Shown: positions 25,731-36,159 of the stretch, piece by piece
How the letters are laid out: each line of letters opens with the position of its first letter
How positions within the stretch are numbered: the first letter of the stretch is position 1
Assembly: GCA_001399795.1 (NCBI GenBank)
Contig: LIHK01000023.1
Coordinates: 6,916-70,915 of the forward strand
Length of the DNA stretch: 64,000 bases
Direction: 5' to 3'
From: Candidatus Bathyarchaeota archaeon BA2
Lineage (GTDB): Archaea > Thermoproteota > Bathyarchaeia > Bathyarchaeales > Bathyarchaeaceae
Notes under the pieces: model-generated
Seen by the model: only the letters and a program-made list of their open reading frames with translations
What the model was told of the DNA's origin: nothing
Database searches by the model: none
Program-made: the position numbers and the translations under genes

Positions 25731-28706
25731 CTAGAGTGAGGTTTGTTTTCGTTTTTTCCAGAGGATTGTTGTAACTGCTATTCCTATTGCTGCGATTGCG
25801 GCTGCTGCTCCTATGATCCACATGGGGAAGGCTTCGGTCGGAGGTGGAGGAGGCGCTTCTGCTGGAAGAACCGTTACGGTTATCGAGTGGGTTGCAGTGT
25901 TTCCTGCTGCGTCTTTAACAGTCAGAGTTACTGTGTAGTTCCCCGGACTTGTGTATGTGTGGGTTGCCGTGATGCCAGTTCCTGTTGTTCCGTCTCCGAA
26001 ATTCCATTCGTAGCTGACTATGCCCACGTTGTCGTTGGAGGCGCCAGCGTCAAAAGTCACAGCGACGCCGACATTTACTGTTTGGTCATCTCCAGCGTCA
26101 GCGATAGGTCTGGTCTGATCCAGTATGATAAAATCACTTTCGGGTTTTGAATATAGTCCGGCGTTGTCTCTATAGAGCACATGAATGTCTTTGCTTCCTT
26201 CTCCGATTGTCAAGAACGTCCATGATTTGAAGGTGGTGTATGGCTCCCACGCTGTCCATATAGTGTGTGTACCGTTAGATTCTGCGAGACACATCTGAGC
26301 AACGCCAGAGGTGGCGTCTTCTGCTGAGAGTGTTAGAATCACTGTTGACGAGTTTGTGTAGGTTGTGCCTCCCGCGATTGTAATAGAACCAGCTGGCGGG
26401 ACGGTGTCCAGAATAATCGTAGCTGAGTATGTGGATATTAGCCCGGCACGGTCTTTGATTTGGTAGTAGACTGTTTTTGGGCCGTCTCCGTCTTGTAGGA
26501 TCCAGGCCTTGCTTAGCGAGAAAGTTTCCCATGGTTCAGTATCCCATACACCATCGTTGCTATACCTGACCTCGGAAACACCTGAGAATAGGTCATTTGC
26601 GATTAGGTTTAGCGTCACTGAGGCTGAAGTTGTATAGGCATTACTATTGTTGATTATGATTGAGCCCGTCGGAGCAGTCTTATCGATTTTCATTGTTTGG
26701 AACTTGGCTGTTTCTGGGTTGCCCCCTTTGTCTGTTGATTTGTAATAGACTGTGGTGGTTCCTTCGTCGGTGATGGTGAAAGTTGTTGTAAAGGTGATCC
26801 AGGTGGCGTTGTCAAAGCTGTATTCTGTTTTGTCAACTCCTGAGATATCGTCTGAGGCTGACAGGGTCACAGTGACATCTGAAGTGAACCAACCGTTGCT
26901 GCCAGGCACGCCGCTTAGACTAATAGTGGTTGTTGGTGGTTTAGAGTCTGGCGGCGTCACCGTAGCGGTTTTTGTTTCGCTTTCTGCTGGACATGTGTTT
27001 TCGTCGCCTTGCCAGCTGGCTTTGATTTCGTATGTGCCTATTTCTATTGTTGCCCATAGGTAGGTGTAGTGGCTGTTTGAGTCTGTTTTGACCGTGGCCA
27101 GTGTGGTCCATGTTCCGCCGGAAAGTCGATAGAAAATTGTTACATTAATGTCAACACGAGCAGGTGTGATAGTTCCGTTTATGGTCACGTCGGAGCCAAC
27201 AGTTACTGTAGAAGGGGTTACGTTGACTGTAATGATGCTGCTTGCTTTCTCGATTGTTACGGACTTTGTGATGCTGTGGGTAAATCCATCATTGTCTGTC
27301 ACTGTTAGGTTTATTGTATACGTGCCAGCTACTGCATAGAAGTGTTTTATTATCGGGGTCGTTACGGTTGCAACGTTACCATCGCTGAAATCCCACCGAT
27401 ATTCAACAATAGTGCCATATAGGTCATAGCTGGCTGAAGCATCAAAGGTAATAGTTTCGCCTACGAGTGGAAACTCTGGTGAGTAGCTGAAATCAGCTAT
27501 TGGAGGAACCGGAACCCATGGATTCATGAGTGGATATTGGTCTCTATTGTTTGCATCAATAACGTATGGTGTATCGCCTATGCCATCGCTTCGAGGCTGA
27601 TCTTGGTTAGGTCCGCTCCTCTCATCAATGCCTGTGTAGTCGCTCCAATGGTTGCCGCCTGAAGGATAACCATCATCCCATAAGTTAAGAGGAGCAGCTT
27701 CTCCATAGTATAAAGAGACTTGCCGTGTGTTGTTGATGAAGTTGTTATGATAAATTTTGTTGTTATATGAATCGCTGAGCCCGATGCCCAAGCCGCTTTT
27801 TGTTACGTTGTTTCCAGAGATGATGTTGTTGGTGGAGTGGTAGCAGAGATAGATGCCATAGTTGCTGCTTGTTATTTTGTTTTTGGAAATGATATTGTTG
27901 GAGGAATGCATACCAAGAGAGATGCTGATGCCCAATCCATTGTTTATGGTGTTGTTATGAATTAGGTTATATTTAGAGCTCGTAAGGACTATACTATATC
28001 CGCTGTTGTTTATGGTGTTGTCCTTTATGGTGGAGCCCGAGCCGCCTATGAAGATGCCTGATCCATTGTTTATGGTGTTGCCGATAATAATGCTGTTGCT
28101 CCCGCCACTGATACCACAAGAATTTTCCAAAGTGTTGTCACGTATGATGTTATTGCCACCTGCCGAGATGCCATACCGATTGTTTGCTATAATATTATCA
28201 TACACAATATTGTTGTGCGGGTTATAATCCTTCATGCCATCTACCCAGTGCGCGGTTGTGATAATTGCGATGGCAGAGCCTTTGTTGTTAGTTATAGTGT
28301 TGTCATGTATTGTATTGCTGTGAGAATATCTTATCTCGATACCTGCATCAACACTCCCGGTCATGTTCGTTACGAAATTGCCATATATGGAATTGTGGCT
28401 TATGATGTTATACGGACTCCCGCTAATATCAGCGCCTTCCCATCCATTTCGCAAGGTGAATCCGGTTAAGGTAACATTATTTGCCGAAATTGTAACTACA
28501 GTGCCAGTTCCGCCTCCGTCAATTATAGTGGTCTCTGTATTCTCTCCAATAAGCGTCAAAGTTTTGTTCACAAGGATGTTTTCGTAGTATGTTCCGTTGT
28601 ATACGTATATGGTGTCTCCTGGACTGGCCGCGTTTATGGCTTCCTGTATTTTCGAAAAGTCTGCTGATCCATCATCATCCACAGTCCACGCTCTGGTGAA
28701 AGCCAA
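25731..28706 (-). CDS. large cell-surface protein: right-handed beta-helix (NosD/CASH-like) repeats, PKD/Ig-like domains, Pro-rich linker and C-terminal TM anchor
   Basis: Repeated NN(I/T)ISxN beta-helix rungs, several FDASAS...DG PKD signatures, and the ending PPPPPTEAFPMWIIGAAAAIAAIGIAVTTILWKKRK. This ORF carries no signal peptide. Confidence 0.8.
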   Translation of the reverse strand: MAFTRAWTVDDDGSADFSKIQEAINAASPGDTIYVYNGTYYENILVNKTLTLIGENTETTIIDGGGTGTVVTISANNVTLTGFTLRNGWEGADISGSPYNIISHNSIYGNFVTNMTGSVDAGIEIRYSHSNTIHDNTITNNKGSAIAIITTAHWVDGMKDYNPHNNIVYDNIIANNRYGISAGGNNIIRDNTLENSCGISGGSNSIIIGNTINNGSGIFIGGSGSTIKDNTINNSGYSIVLTSSKYNLIHNNTINNGLGISISLGMHSSNNIISKNKITSSNYGIYLCYHSTNNIISGNNVTKSGLGIGLSDSYNNKIYHNNFINNTRQVSLYYGEAAPLNLWDDGYPSGGNHWSDYTGIDERSGPNQDQPRSDGIGDTPYVIDANNRDQYPLMNPWVPVPPIADFSYSPEFPLVGETITFDASASYDLYGTIVEYRWDFSDGNVATVTTPIIKHFYAVAGTYTINLTVTDNDGFTHSITKSVTIEKASSIITVNVTPSTVTVGSDVTINGTITPARVDINVTIFYRLSGGTWTTLATVKTDSNSHYTYLWATIEIGTYEIKASWQGDENTCPAESETKTATVTPPDSKPPTTTISLSGVPGSNGWFTSDVTVTLSASDDISGVDKTEYSFDNATWITFTTTFTITDEGTTTVYYKSTDKGGNPETAKFQTMKIDKTAPTGSIIINNSNAYTTSASVTLNLIANDLFSGVSEVRYSNDGVWDTEPWETFSLSKAWILQDGDGPKTVYYQIKDRAGLISTYSATIILDTVPPAGSITIAGGTTYTNSSTVILTLSAEDATSGVAQMCLAESNGTHTIWTAWEPYTTFKSWTFLTIGEGSKDIHVLYRDNAGLYSKPESDFIILDQTRPIADAGDDQTVNVGVAVTFDAGASNDNVGIVSYEWNFGDGTTGTGITATHTYTSPGNYTVTLTVKDAAGNTATHSITVTVLPAEAPPPPPTEAFPMWIIGAAAAIAAIGIAVTTILWKKRKQTSL

Positions 28707-28756
28707 GTCATCTATGTTGTAAAAAGCACTTGGATATTCTGAGGATCTGGTTATAG

Positions 28757-29248
28757 TTATCCGGGTAATTGTATTAAAGGGAAGAGAATAGAAAATTGGT
28801 CCTCCAGGTGTAGGTTGGGATTTGGCTGAATCGCTACGCTTCCTAACAAAGCTGTACCGCTGTAGGCACTGAATGTAAGCGTATTATCTTCGTATCCTGC
28901 ACTATATACATTAAAGTAAGCGCTAACATTGGATACAGGTATAGTAAAATCAATAACAGCAGGAAAAGGGAATCCTATTGCAGTAATGCTTCCAGAGTGT
29001 GCTGGGTAATTAGGGTCCTCCCCATAGGCATACCAATCGCTACCAAATATCACTCCTAGATCTTCATAGTATGAACCGATAAGACTTTGAGGATCACCCA
29101 CCGGGCCGCCAGGATATAACTCCTCAAATGTAATTGTTGTTATATTTCCTTCAGCTTTCACCGTTAATACATTATACACCAAAGTTAACATGCCTATAAA
29201 CAGCAGTGTCAGCATTACTCCTGAAACTGCTTTTCTCGTCAATCCCAT
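28757..29248 (-). CDS. signal-peptide-bearing N-terminal segment, probably belonging to the surface protein at 25731-28706
   Basis: MGLTRKAVSGVMLTLLFIGMLTLVYNVLTVKA is a signal or anchor sequence. The downstream gene's frame is open and protein-like across the junction (PTPGGPIFYSLPFNTITRITITRSSEYPSAFYNIDDLAF). Confidence 0.6.
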   Translation of the reverse strand: MGLTRKAVSGVMLTLLFIGMLTLVYNVLTVKAEGNITTITFEELYPGGPVGDPQSLIGSYYEDLGVIFGSDWYAYGEDPNYPAHSGSITAIGFPFPAVIDFTIPVSNVSAYFNVYSAGYEDNTLTFSAYSGTALLGSVAIQPNPNLHLEDQFSILFPLIQLPG

Positions 29249-29315
29249 TCTCCTTTCTCCAACTTATACAATAGATACATTTGGTCCAGTAATATTATAA
29301 TATTTATAAACTCTT

Positions 29316-29819
29316 CTAGTACACTGTGATGCTTCGGGTTCCTGGTAGTTTCCTTATTTCGCTGATTAGTTCTGGAGGAATTTCTCCCTCGATGATTAGG
29401 GTTAGTTTGGGCTGGGCACTTATGCTGGGATCTTCTGCCAAAGCCTGTCTTATGCTCAGTCCTTTCTCTGAAACTTTCCTCGTGACATTGGCTATGATGC
29501 CTGTTTCCCGAGCGTCTTCTGGAACAAAAACGATTACGCCCAAGTTAAATTCGCGAGCAACTTCCTGAAGGGAGCACACCTGTCTAAGATTCTTGTAGAT
29601 TCTTTTCACCTCGGGTTTTGAAAGAATTGTTTGAACGGTACTGTCAACGGCTCTGCGCTCAACTCCAGCTTCCCTGGCTATTTGGGTGTGGGCTATCTCT
29701 ATTCCGCCGCTTACAACTTGGCCATCTTCCCTAACTTGGAAGCCCCTTTCAAAGAGGAGTTTCGCAACCTTTAGTTGCGCTGGGAAGTCTTTGAAGTATT
29801 TTTCAATTCGACTCCACAT
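29316..29819 (-). CDS. ACT-domain regulator of amino-acid metabolism (COG2150-like)
   Basis: 167 aa with an N-terminal HTH-like region and a C-terminal ACT-like half. It is divergent from TrpB2. Confidence 0.65.
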   Translation of the reverse strand: MWSRIEKYFKDFPAQLKVAKLLFERGFQVREDGQVVSGGIEIAHTQIAREAGVERRAVDSTVQTILSKPEVKRIYKNLRQVCSLQEVAREFNLGVIVFVPEDARETGIIANVTRKVSEKGLSIRQALAEDPSISAQPKLTLIIEGEIPPELISEIRKLPGTRSITVY

Positions 29820-29916
29820 GCCCTTCCCCTTAAGGTAGAGTATTGTTCGACAAAGTTTATATATGTACTTCGATGTATAAACTTATCCCTAAAAACCTAG
29901 AAACGGAGCAAAACAT

Positions 29917-31302
29917 ATGGCATCCAGAAAAATAATGCTAGATGAAGAAGAGATACCTAAACAATGGTATTCCATTTTATCAGACCTCCCAAAACCACTT
30001 CCTCCCATGCTAAATCCTGAAACAAGGGAACCTGTACCTCCTCAGGCTCTAGAAGCTGTGTTTGCTAAGGAACTCGTGAAGCAAGAGGCTAGCCGAGAAC
30101 GTTGGATAACTATACCCGAAGAAGTGCGTGAGGTTTACCGGTTATGGAGACCAACACCCCTCTACCGAGCAATCAACCTTGAGAAAGCCCTAAAGACGCC
30201 CGCCAAAATCTACTACAAATACGAAGGAGTAAGTCCTCCAGGAAGCCACAAGCCTAACACTGCTGTTGCCCAAGCTTACTACAACATGAAAGAAGGCACG
30301 AAGAGGCTTACAACAGAAACCGGGGCAGGTCAATGGGGTTCAGCGCTGGCCTTTGGTTGCATGTTGTTTGGAATGAAGTCAACCATTTACATGGTTAAAG
30401 CAAGCTACTACCAAAAGCCCTACCGGAGAGTCATGATGGAAACTTGGGGCGCCGAAGTTTTTCCAAGCCCAAGCGAGAAAACAAAATTTGGAACAAAGGT
30501 TCTTGAAGATGACCCCGAATGCTCGGGAAGTCTAGGAATATCCATAAGCGAAGCCGTAGAGGATGCGGTTACACACGAGGACGCTAAATACACTCTTGGA
30601 AGCGTCGTTAACCACGTTCTTCTCCATCAAACCGTTGTTGGTCAAGAAACTCAGAAACAGATGGAACTTTTGGACGATTATCCAGATTTGATTGCAGGAT
30701 GCATAGGCGGAGGAAGCAGTTTTTCAGGATTATACTGGCCCTTCTATTACGATAAAGTCTCAGGCAAGTCTCCGAAGGAAACTGAGTTCTTAGCCGTAGA
30801 ATCCACGGCTTGTCCCAAGGTAACGAGAGGTTACTACACGTATGACCATGGAGACAGCGCCCGAATGACTCCCTTGGTTAAAATGCATACTCTTAGCCAC
30901 ATGTTTGTACCCCCACCTATCCACGCTGGTGGACTACGTTACCACGGAATGGCTCCAACCCTCTGTTTATTGAAGGAGGAAGGGATAGTAAAAAGTAAGG
31001 CTTACAATCAGGTTAAAACCTTCGAAGCAGCAACCCTCTTCGCCAAGACTGAAGGTATACTGCCAGCTCCTGAACCTGCCCATGCCATAAAGGCTGCAGT
31101 TGATGAAGCTCTTGAATGCAAGAAAACTGGTGAGAAGAAGACCATACTTTTCTTGCTTTGTGGACACGGCTACTTTGACATGCAAGCCTACGACGACTAC
31201 AACAGTGGCAAGCTACCTCCATACGAGTATCCTAAAGAAAAAGTAGAAGAATCTATGAGAAAGCTTAAGGCGCTTTATCCGTGGCTGGATGTAAAAATAT
31301 AA
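29917..31302 (+). CDS. trpB: TrpB2-type tryptophan synthase beta-like PLP enzyme
   Basis: 461 aa, with the N-terminal extension typical of TrpB2. PLP lysine motif GSHKPNTA is present. No trpA is adjacent. Confidence 0.9.
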   Translation: MASRKIMLDEEEIPKQWYSILSDLPKPLPPMLNPETREPVPPQALEAVFAKELVKQEASRERWITIPEEVREVYRLWRPTPLYRAINLEKALKTPAKIYYKYEGVSPPGSHKPNTAVAQAYYNMKEGTKRLTTETGAGQWGSALAFGCMLFGMKSTIYMVKASYYQKPYRRVMMETWGAEVFPSPSEKTKFGTKVLEDDPECSGSLGISISEAVEDAVTHEDAKYTLGSVVNHVLLHQTVVGQETQKQMELLDDYPDLIAGCIGGGSSFSGLYWPFYYDKVSGKSPKETEFLAVESTACPKVTRGYYTYDHGDSARMTPLVKMHTLSHMFVPPPIHAGGLRYHGMAPTLCLLKEEGIVKSKAYNQVKTFEAATLFAKTEGILPAPEPAHAIKAAVDEALECKKTGEKKTILFLLCGHGYFDMQAYDDYNSGKLPPYEYPKEKVEESMRKLKALYPWLDVKI

Positions 31303-31363
31303 GACTTTAAATTCCTACACCATTTTTTAAATATTCTTAAAAAAAGAAAAAGGGAGAAGATAT

Positions 31364-32161
31364 TTACTTTCCTTTGAATTTCGGAGTCCTTTTCTCGAAC
31401 ATCGCCGACACGCCTTCTATGATGTCTTCGGATGTCGCGCAGGTCATGCCTCCCTCTATCATCAGTTTGTTTCCTTCTTTCATTGGAATTTCGAAGGCCT
31501 TGGCCATAATTTTCTTAGCCAGCTTAATTGGTATAGGAGCCTTAGTTGCTAAGATTCCCGCCATCTGCATTGCCGCCGACTTTAACTCATCTCGAGGAAC
31601 AACCTTGTTGACGAGCCCTATTCTGTAAGCTTCTTGAGCGTCGATCCTTTGGGCTGTGAGAATCATTTCGTATGCGTAGGTTTTTCCAACGGTCCTTGGA
31701 AGCCTCATGACTCCACCCCAGGCAGGTAGTAAGCCAATGTTTGTTTCTACCAATCCAAACCGAGCATCGTCAGCGGCGATTCGTATGTCGCATGCCAATG
31801 CAAGCTCTAATCCGCCGGCTAGACAGTAATTATGGATGGCTGCTACAACTGGCTTGTCGAATTCCTCGATCTTATCGTAAAGTTTTTGTCCAAAATCCAG
31901 TCGTTCTCTAATCTCTTCTTCTCCTGTTGGTCCTGCGATGTCTGCTCCGCTGCTGAAAGCCCTACCAGCCCCCATGATTACAACCGCCCTGACCTCATCA
32001 TCTTTCCTTATCTCCTCAAAAACGCTGTCGAGTTCCTTCAAGATTTCCATGTTTAAGGCGTTTAACACTTCGGGTCTGTTCAGCGTAATGACTGCAATGT
32101 TTTTTTCCTCTGGAGTTGCGGCACTAGCTTCTTTGGCGTAGGTTATGAGTTTATACTCCAT
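31364..32161 (-). CDS. enoyl-CoA hydratase/isomerase (crotonase) family
   Basis: VVIMGAGRAFSSGADI and CLAGGLELALACDIRIA oxyanion-hole motifs are present. Confidence 0.85.
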   Translation of the reverse strand: MEYKLITYAKEASAATPEEKNIAVITLNRPEVLNALNMEILKELDSVFEEIRKDDEVRAVVIMGAGRAFSSGADIAGPTGEEEIRERLDFGQKLYDKIEEFDKPVVAAIHNYCLAGGLELALACDIRIAADDARFGLVETNIGLLPAWGGVMRLPRTVGKTYAYEMILTAQRIDAQEAYRIGLVNKVVPRDELKSAAMQMAGILATKAPIPIKLAKKIMAKAFEIPMKEGNKLMIEGGMTCATSEDIIEGVSAMFEKRTPKFKGK

Positions 32162-32410
32162 GATTGTTTCACCTCCTACTTTTTATTTTCATTCCCCTCC
32201 AAACCTCTAGAAAAAAAGTAGTAATGCACTTACCAAGTATAAATACTTCTCTATATCTCCATCTGGAATTCGCTTGCCAGTGAAGGTTTCCGAATTGCGT
32301 TTATGATAATATTTTCTGTTTTCTGGTATGGTTTTAGCTATCTGGTTTGCAATCAATCCCGGCAGAAAAGGACAAAATATTTAGGTTTTGTGTCCTACTT
32401 GTTAGATAGT

Positions 32411-33316
32411 GTGTGTGACTTGGACGATCTCGACATTTCTATTCTAAAGATGCTGACGACTAATAGTCGAAGATCGGATCACAGCATAGCCAGAAAGCTT
32501 AACGTTACCGCAAACACGGTGAAGAACAGAATAAGGAACTTGGTGGAAGAAGGGGTTTTGCTGGGATTCGAGACTCACCTTAGCGCAACTTTTTTCAACG
32601 CCACCCACTGCTGGCTAGCCGCAGAACTATCTGGCAGTGAACTTGAGGAAAAGATTATTGATGAAATCGGTGAAATTGATAAAGTAAATTTCATCATGCC
32701 CACCACAGAAAATTTGATGTTAATAGCCATGGATTTTTTCAATTCAACCGATCTTGATAACACGATACAACAAATGAGTAGGATAAAAGAGATAACGGGA
32801 ATTCAGACACTTATCTACTCATCGCAACACTTACATAGAAAAATCGAAATTTCACCATTAGATTGGAAAATTATTAAATCTGTTAGATTCAACAACAGGA
32901 AGAGTCCAAGCGAAATCGCCAAGGAATGTGGTGTCTCAGCGAGGACCGTGAACAGAAGACTGAGAAGACTTCACGATGGCGGAGTGATCCGTCATACAAT
33001 AACTTTTGATCCAATGGCATCCAGAGGCACCATAGTTTACGGAATCAACACGGAGTATGACGCGAGATTCCCACGAGACAAGGTCGTAAGATCGATCACG
33101 AGCAGCGTCGAGAACCTTTTCAACCATTTCGTCATGGTCAACTCACCAACCGTATTACTCATATTCTTTGGAAAACGATTCAGCGACATTCACGACAACG
33201 AAAATGCCATAAAAGCCGTGGAAGGAGTTAGATCCATAAAAACGTATTTTTGCCCAAAGGTCTACTACTTCAAAGACTGGAGAGACAAACTGATCGAGGA
33301 AAACGCAGGAAAATAG
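32411..33316 (+). CDS. tandem double Lrp/AsnC-type regulator (two HTH plus effector modules in one chain)
   Basis: LDISILKMLTTNSRRSDHSIARKLNVTANTVKNRIRNLVEEGVL and LDWKIIKSVRFNNRKSPSEIAKECGVSARTVNRRLRRLHDGGVI are each followed by a roughly 80-aa domain. The start (GTG 32411, TTG 32420 or ATG 32450) is uncertain. Confidence 0.7.
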   Translation: MCDLDDLDISILKMLTTNSRRSDHSIARKLNVTANTVKNRIRNLVEEGVLLGFETHLSATFFNATHCWLAAELSGSELEEKIIDEIGEIDKVNFIMPTTENLMLIAMDFFNSTDLDNTIQQMSRIKEITGIQTLIYSSQHLHRKIEISPLDWKIIKSVRFNNRKSPSEIAKECGVSARTVNRRLRRLHDGGVIRHTITFDPMASRGTIVYGINTEYDARFPRDKVVRSITSSVENLFNHFVMVNSPTVLLIFFGKRFSDIHDNENAIKAVEGVRSIKTYFCPKVYYFKDWRDKLIEENAGK

Positions 33317-33596
33317 CCCTCTGGGCGCGAAATGAAACTCAGATTACATATCAAACAGGTGTTCAGAAAGCTTTCCGAAATAAAAAGGGGCGTTTGCATT
33401 TTCTTCTGTTATCTTCTTTTTTATACCAATTCTATTTTCAATCTTTAATCGCCCAAACGCTAACTTCATTTCGGTAAAAGAAAGATTTTTCTGGCACAAT
33501 CATCAAAGCACAGAATTTCCATGTTCTATTGTACACGGTAGAAAAGGGGAAAATCGCCACGATTAGGGTTCCGTTACCTTCAGGAAACGCCGACGC

Positions 33597-33785
33597 TTAA
33601 TATCTCCAGAGCCACCCACGTTTTTCGTATCCCCATATTTTACCGTTATCGACGTACCACTTGATCGTTCTTCGAATTCCATCTTCAAACGCTGTCGTGG
33701 GCATCCATCCTAAGATTTTCCTCGCTTTGCTATTATCCATGACCAACGTATCAACGTCTTTTAGTCTCAATTTTCCTTTTATCAG
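33597..33785 (-). pseudogene. C-terminal remnant of an NAD-dependent sugar epimerase/dehydratase
   Basis: DVDTLVMDNSKARKILGWMPTTAFEDGIRRTIKWYVDN covers about 60 codons with nothing upstream. An intact paralogue lies 170 bp away. Confidence 0.55.
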
Positions 33786-33954
33786 CTAACGATATCTTAG
33801 GAGAATAGAGCAACTGCCAAAGAAGTAGCTATCCTTCATCTCAAGAAACAGTGCTACACCCAGGGTCAGTATATGTGAACTAAAAGCCTTGAAGTAACAG
33901 CAACAAATATTCTAAGGAAAATATATTCGTTTCAGGAGCGCGAAGCTTAAGGTT

Positions 33955-34836
33955 TCATTTCAGAACGTCCTCAACGCCCTCTAACAGATTCCATTTCGGG
34001 TCAAACCCCAAAAGTGTTTGTGCTTTAGAAATATCATAAACAAATACAGGGAAATCAAATGCCCGTGCTGGCTTAATTTCCATTGTTAGGTTACTTTTCA
34101 TAGCCTTGATGCATAATTCGCATACGTCTTTAATGCTTGTAGCTCTGCCAGACCCTATATTGTATACTTGGTGAACGTGTTCCGTTTCAAGAGCCAAAAG
34201 ATTCGCTTGTACGACATCTTTGATATAGATGAAATCATTTGTCTGTCTACCTCCGAAAACTATCGGTCTTTTCCCTTCTTTAAGGTATTTCAGAAAAGCT
34301 CCTATGGCACCCCAATCTTTGCCTTTCCCGTAGACATATCCGTATCGCAAGATAACATACGGTAACATATCACCATAACGAAAAATCCAGTCTTCAGCCT
34401 GCTTCTTCGTCAAACCATATACACTGTCTGGTTCTCTTGATGCATCTTCACGGATAGGAATGGGAACATTACGACTATAAACTGAACCTGTAGAACTGTA
34501 AACTAGTCTTTCAGCCTTTTTCTCGATACAAGCTTGAATTAAATTGATTGTTCCTTCAACGTTTACTCTAACTGCTTTTTGAGGGTTCTTTCTCGCTTCA
34601 TCAAACCTCGGAACAGCCGTTAAGTGTAGAACTTTGTCTCCTTTCCTAATGACTTGTTTAAACTTTTCATCTAGGATATTTATGGTTTTTATTGTACAAC
34701 GCTTGTTATCATGAAATTCTGTTTGCAATTTGGAGTCTACAATATCAACAGCCATAACCTCGTAGCCCGCATTAAGTAACTCCCTTATAGAGTGCAATCC
34801 TATGAAGCCGTTTGCACCAGTCACAACGACCCTCAT
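33955..34836 (-). CDS. NAD-dependent epimerase/dehydratase (UDP-glucose 4-epimerase family)
   Basis: MRVVVTGANGFIGLH (Rossmann GxxGxxG), a YGLTK catalytic Y-x3-K motif, and a C-terminus similar to the neighbouring remnant. Confidence 0.85.
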   Translation of the reverse strand: MRVVVTGANGFIGLHSIRELLNAGYEVMAVDIVDSKLQTEFHDNKRCTIKTINILDEKFKQVIRKGDKVLHLTAVPRFDEARKNPQKAVRVNVEGTINLIQACIEKKAERLVYSSTGSVYSRNVPIPIREDASREPDSVYGLTKKQAEDWIFRYGDMLPYVILRYGYVYGKGKDWGAIGAFLKYLKEGKRPIVFGGRQTNDFIYIKDVVQANLLALETEHVHQVYNIGSGRATSIKDVCELCIKAMKSNLTMEIKPARAFDFPVFVYDISKAQTLLGFDPKWNLLEGVEDVLK

Positions 34837-34996
34837 CGCTACTTCATCTCCGTAACTTCTTTTCATACTCGATAGGAAGAATATAAAAGTTCCACTATAA
34901 ACATGTTCATGTTAAGTAACCCTTACTAGGCAGGAGTGTAAATCCCAATTTATATTTCACACCTAGAACAGAAAGAATCAAGGTGAAGCAAAAACT

Positions 34997-36109
34997 ATGA
35001 AAGTCATGCTTGTCATAGGCGCTAGACCTCAGATAATCAAGTCGGCGCCCATAATCCACAAGGCGTCAAAGGACGTTGAGATAGACCTTCAGATAGTTCA
35101 CACCGGGCAACACTACGACTTCGAAATGTCGAGGATTTTCTTCAGCGAGTTAGAGTTGCCAGATCCTGTAGCCAACTTGGGGGTTGGATCTGGAACTCAC
35201 GCTTGGCAAACTGGTAAAATGATGATTGGCTTAGAAAAGACCATCAAAGACTTGAAGCCAGATATTGTCTTGGTTCCTGGAGACGCAAATTCCACGTTGG
35301 CCGGGGCCCTAGCGGCTGTTAAGCTTCATGTAGCCGTGGCTCATGTTGAGGCTGGAGCCAGAAGTTATGACATGGGGATGCCGGAGGAGGTGAACAGACG
35401 GCTAACAGACCATTGCTCAACAATGCTATTCGCAACGACGGAAAACTGCCTAAACAACCTAGTGAAGGAAGGTATACCCTCAGGCCAGATACATTTGACT
35501 GGCGACACCATGTACGATGCCTTGTTGCAGCATCAAATGAAGTTTCAGAGAACTCAGGTTCTGGAAAGACTTGGATTAAGAGCTGGTGAATACGCTGTGC
35601 TTACAGCTCATAGACCTGAAAACGTGGATACTCCTGAGACATTGAAAAATATTGTGGAAGCCATGATTCAACTTAGTGAATCTACAATAGTTTTTCCAGT
35701 TCACCCAAGAACTATAGAGAGACTGCGAGTCTCGGACTTGCTGAAAAGTTTGAAGAAGGCGGAACATATCAGGCTTGTTGATCCAATTGGATATCATGAG
35801 ATGCTTCATTTAGTAGAAAAAGCCAAGATGGTTTTCACAGATTCAGGCGGGCTACAAAAGGAAGCTTTCTTGCTTCATACCCCTTGCATCACCCTCAGAG
35901 AGAAAACGGAGTGGGTGGAGACTGTCGATTTGGAAGCTAATGTTCTTGTTGGGAACAGCGTTGAGATGGTTGTTCGAAAAGCGAGAGAATACTTAGCTAC
36001 TGAAAACTTGAAAACCAAGTTGAAAAAGTTGCCAAACCCTTTTGGAGATGGAAACGCGTCGACAAGGATCGTCAATGCCTTAAAGGATATGATTCCGGTA
36101 GATATTTAA
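34997..36109 (+). CDS. wecB: UDP-N-acetylglucosamine 2-epimerase (non-hydrolysing)
   Basis: IGARPQIIK...HTGQHYD...GDANSTLAGALAA...HVEAGARS...PEEVNRR...DSGGLQKEA. Confidence 0.9.
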   Translation: MKVMLVIGARPQIIKSAPIIHKASKDVEIDLQIVHTGQHYDFEMSRIFFSELELPDPVANLGVGSGTHAWQTGKMMIGLEKTIKDLKPDIVLVPGDANSTLAGALAAVKLHVAVAHVEAGARSYDMGMPEEVNRRLTDHCSTMLFATTENCLNNLVKEGIPSGQIHLTGDTMYDALLQHQMKFQRTQVLERLGLRAGEYAVLTAHRPENVDTPETLKNIVEAMIQLSESTIVFPVHPRTIERLRVSDLLKSLKKAEHIRLVDPIGYHEMLHLVEKAKMVFTDSGGLQKEAFLLHTPCITLREKTEWVETVDLEANVLVGNSVEMVVRKAREYLATENLKTKLKKLPNPFGDGNASTRIVNALKDMIPVDI

Positions 36110-36159
36110 TTACTTTGTATTTCCTCTGGGGAAATTAACAATGTCTTGTTGAAGAGAAG

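Noticed and set aside
26000-28500. Apparent internal repetition in the surface-protein gene.
   Set aside because: The repetition is at the protein-module level (beta-helix rungs, PKD domains). The DNA copies are diverged, so this is not a DNA repeat or mobile-element feature.
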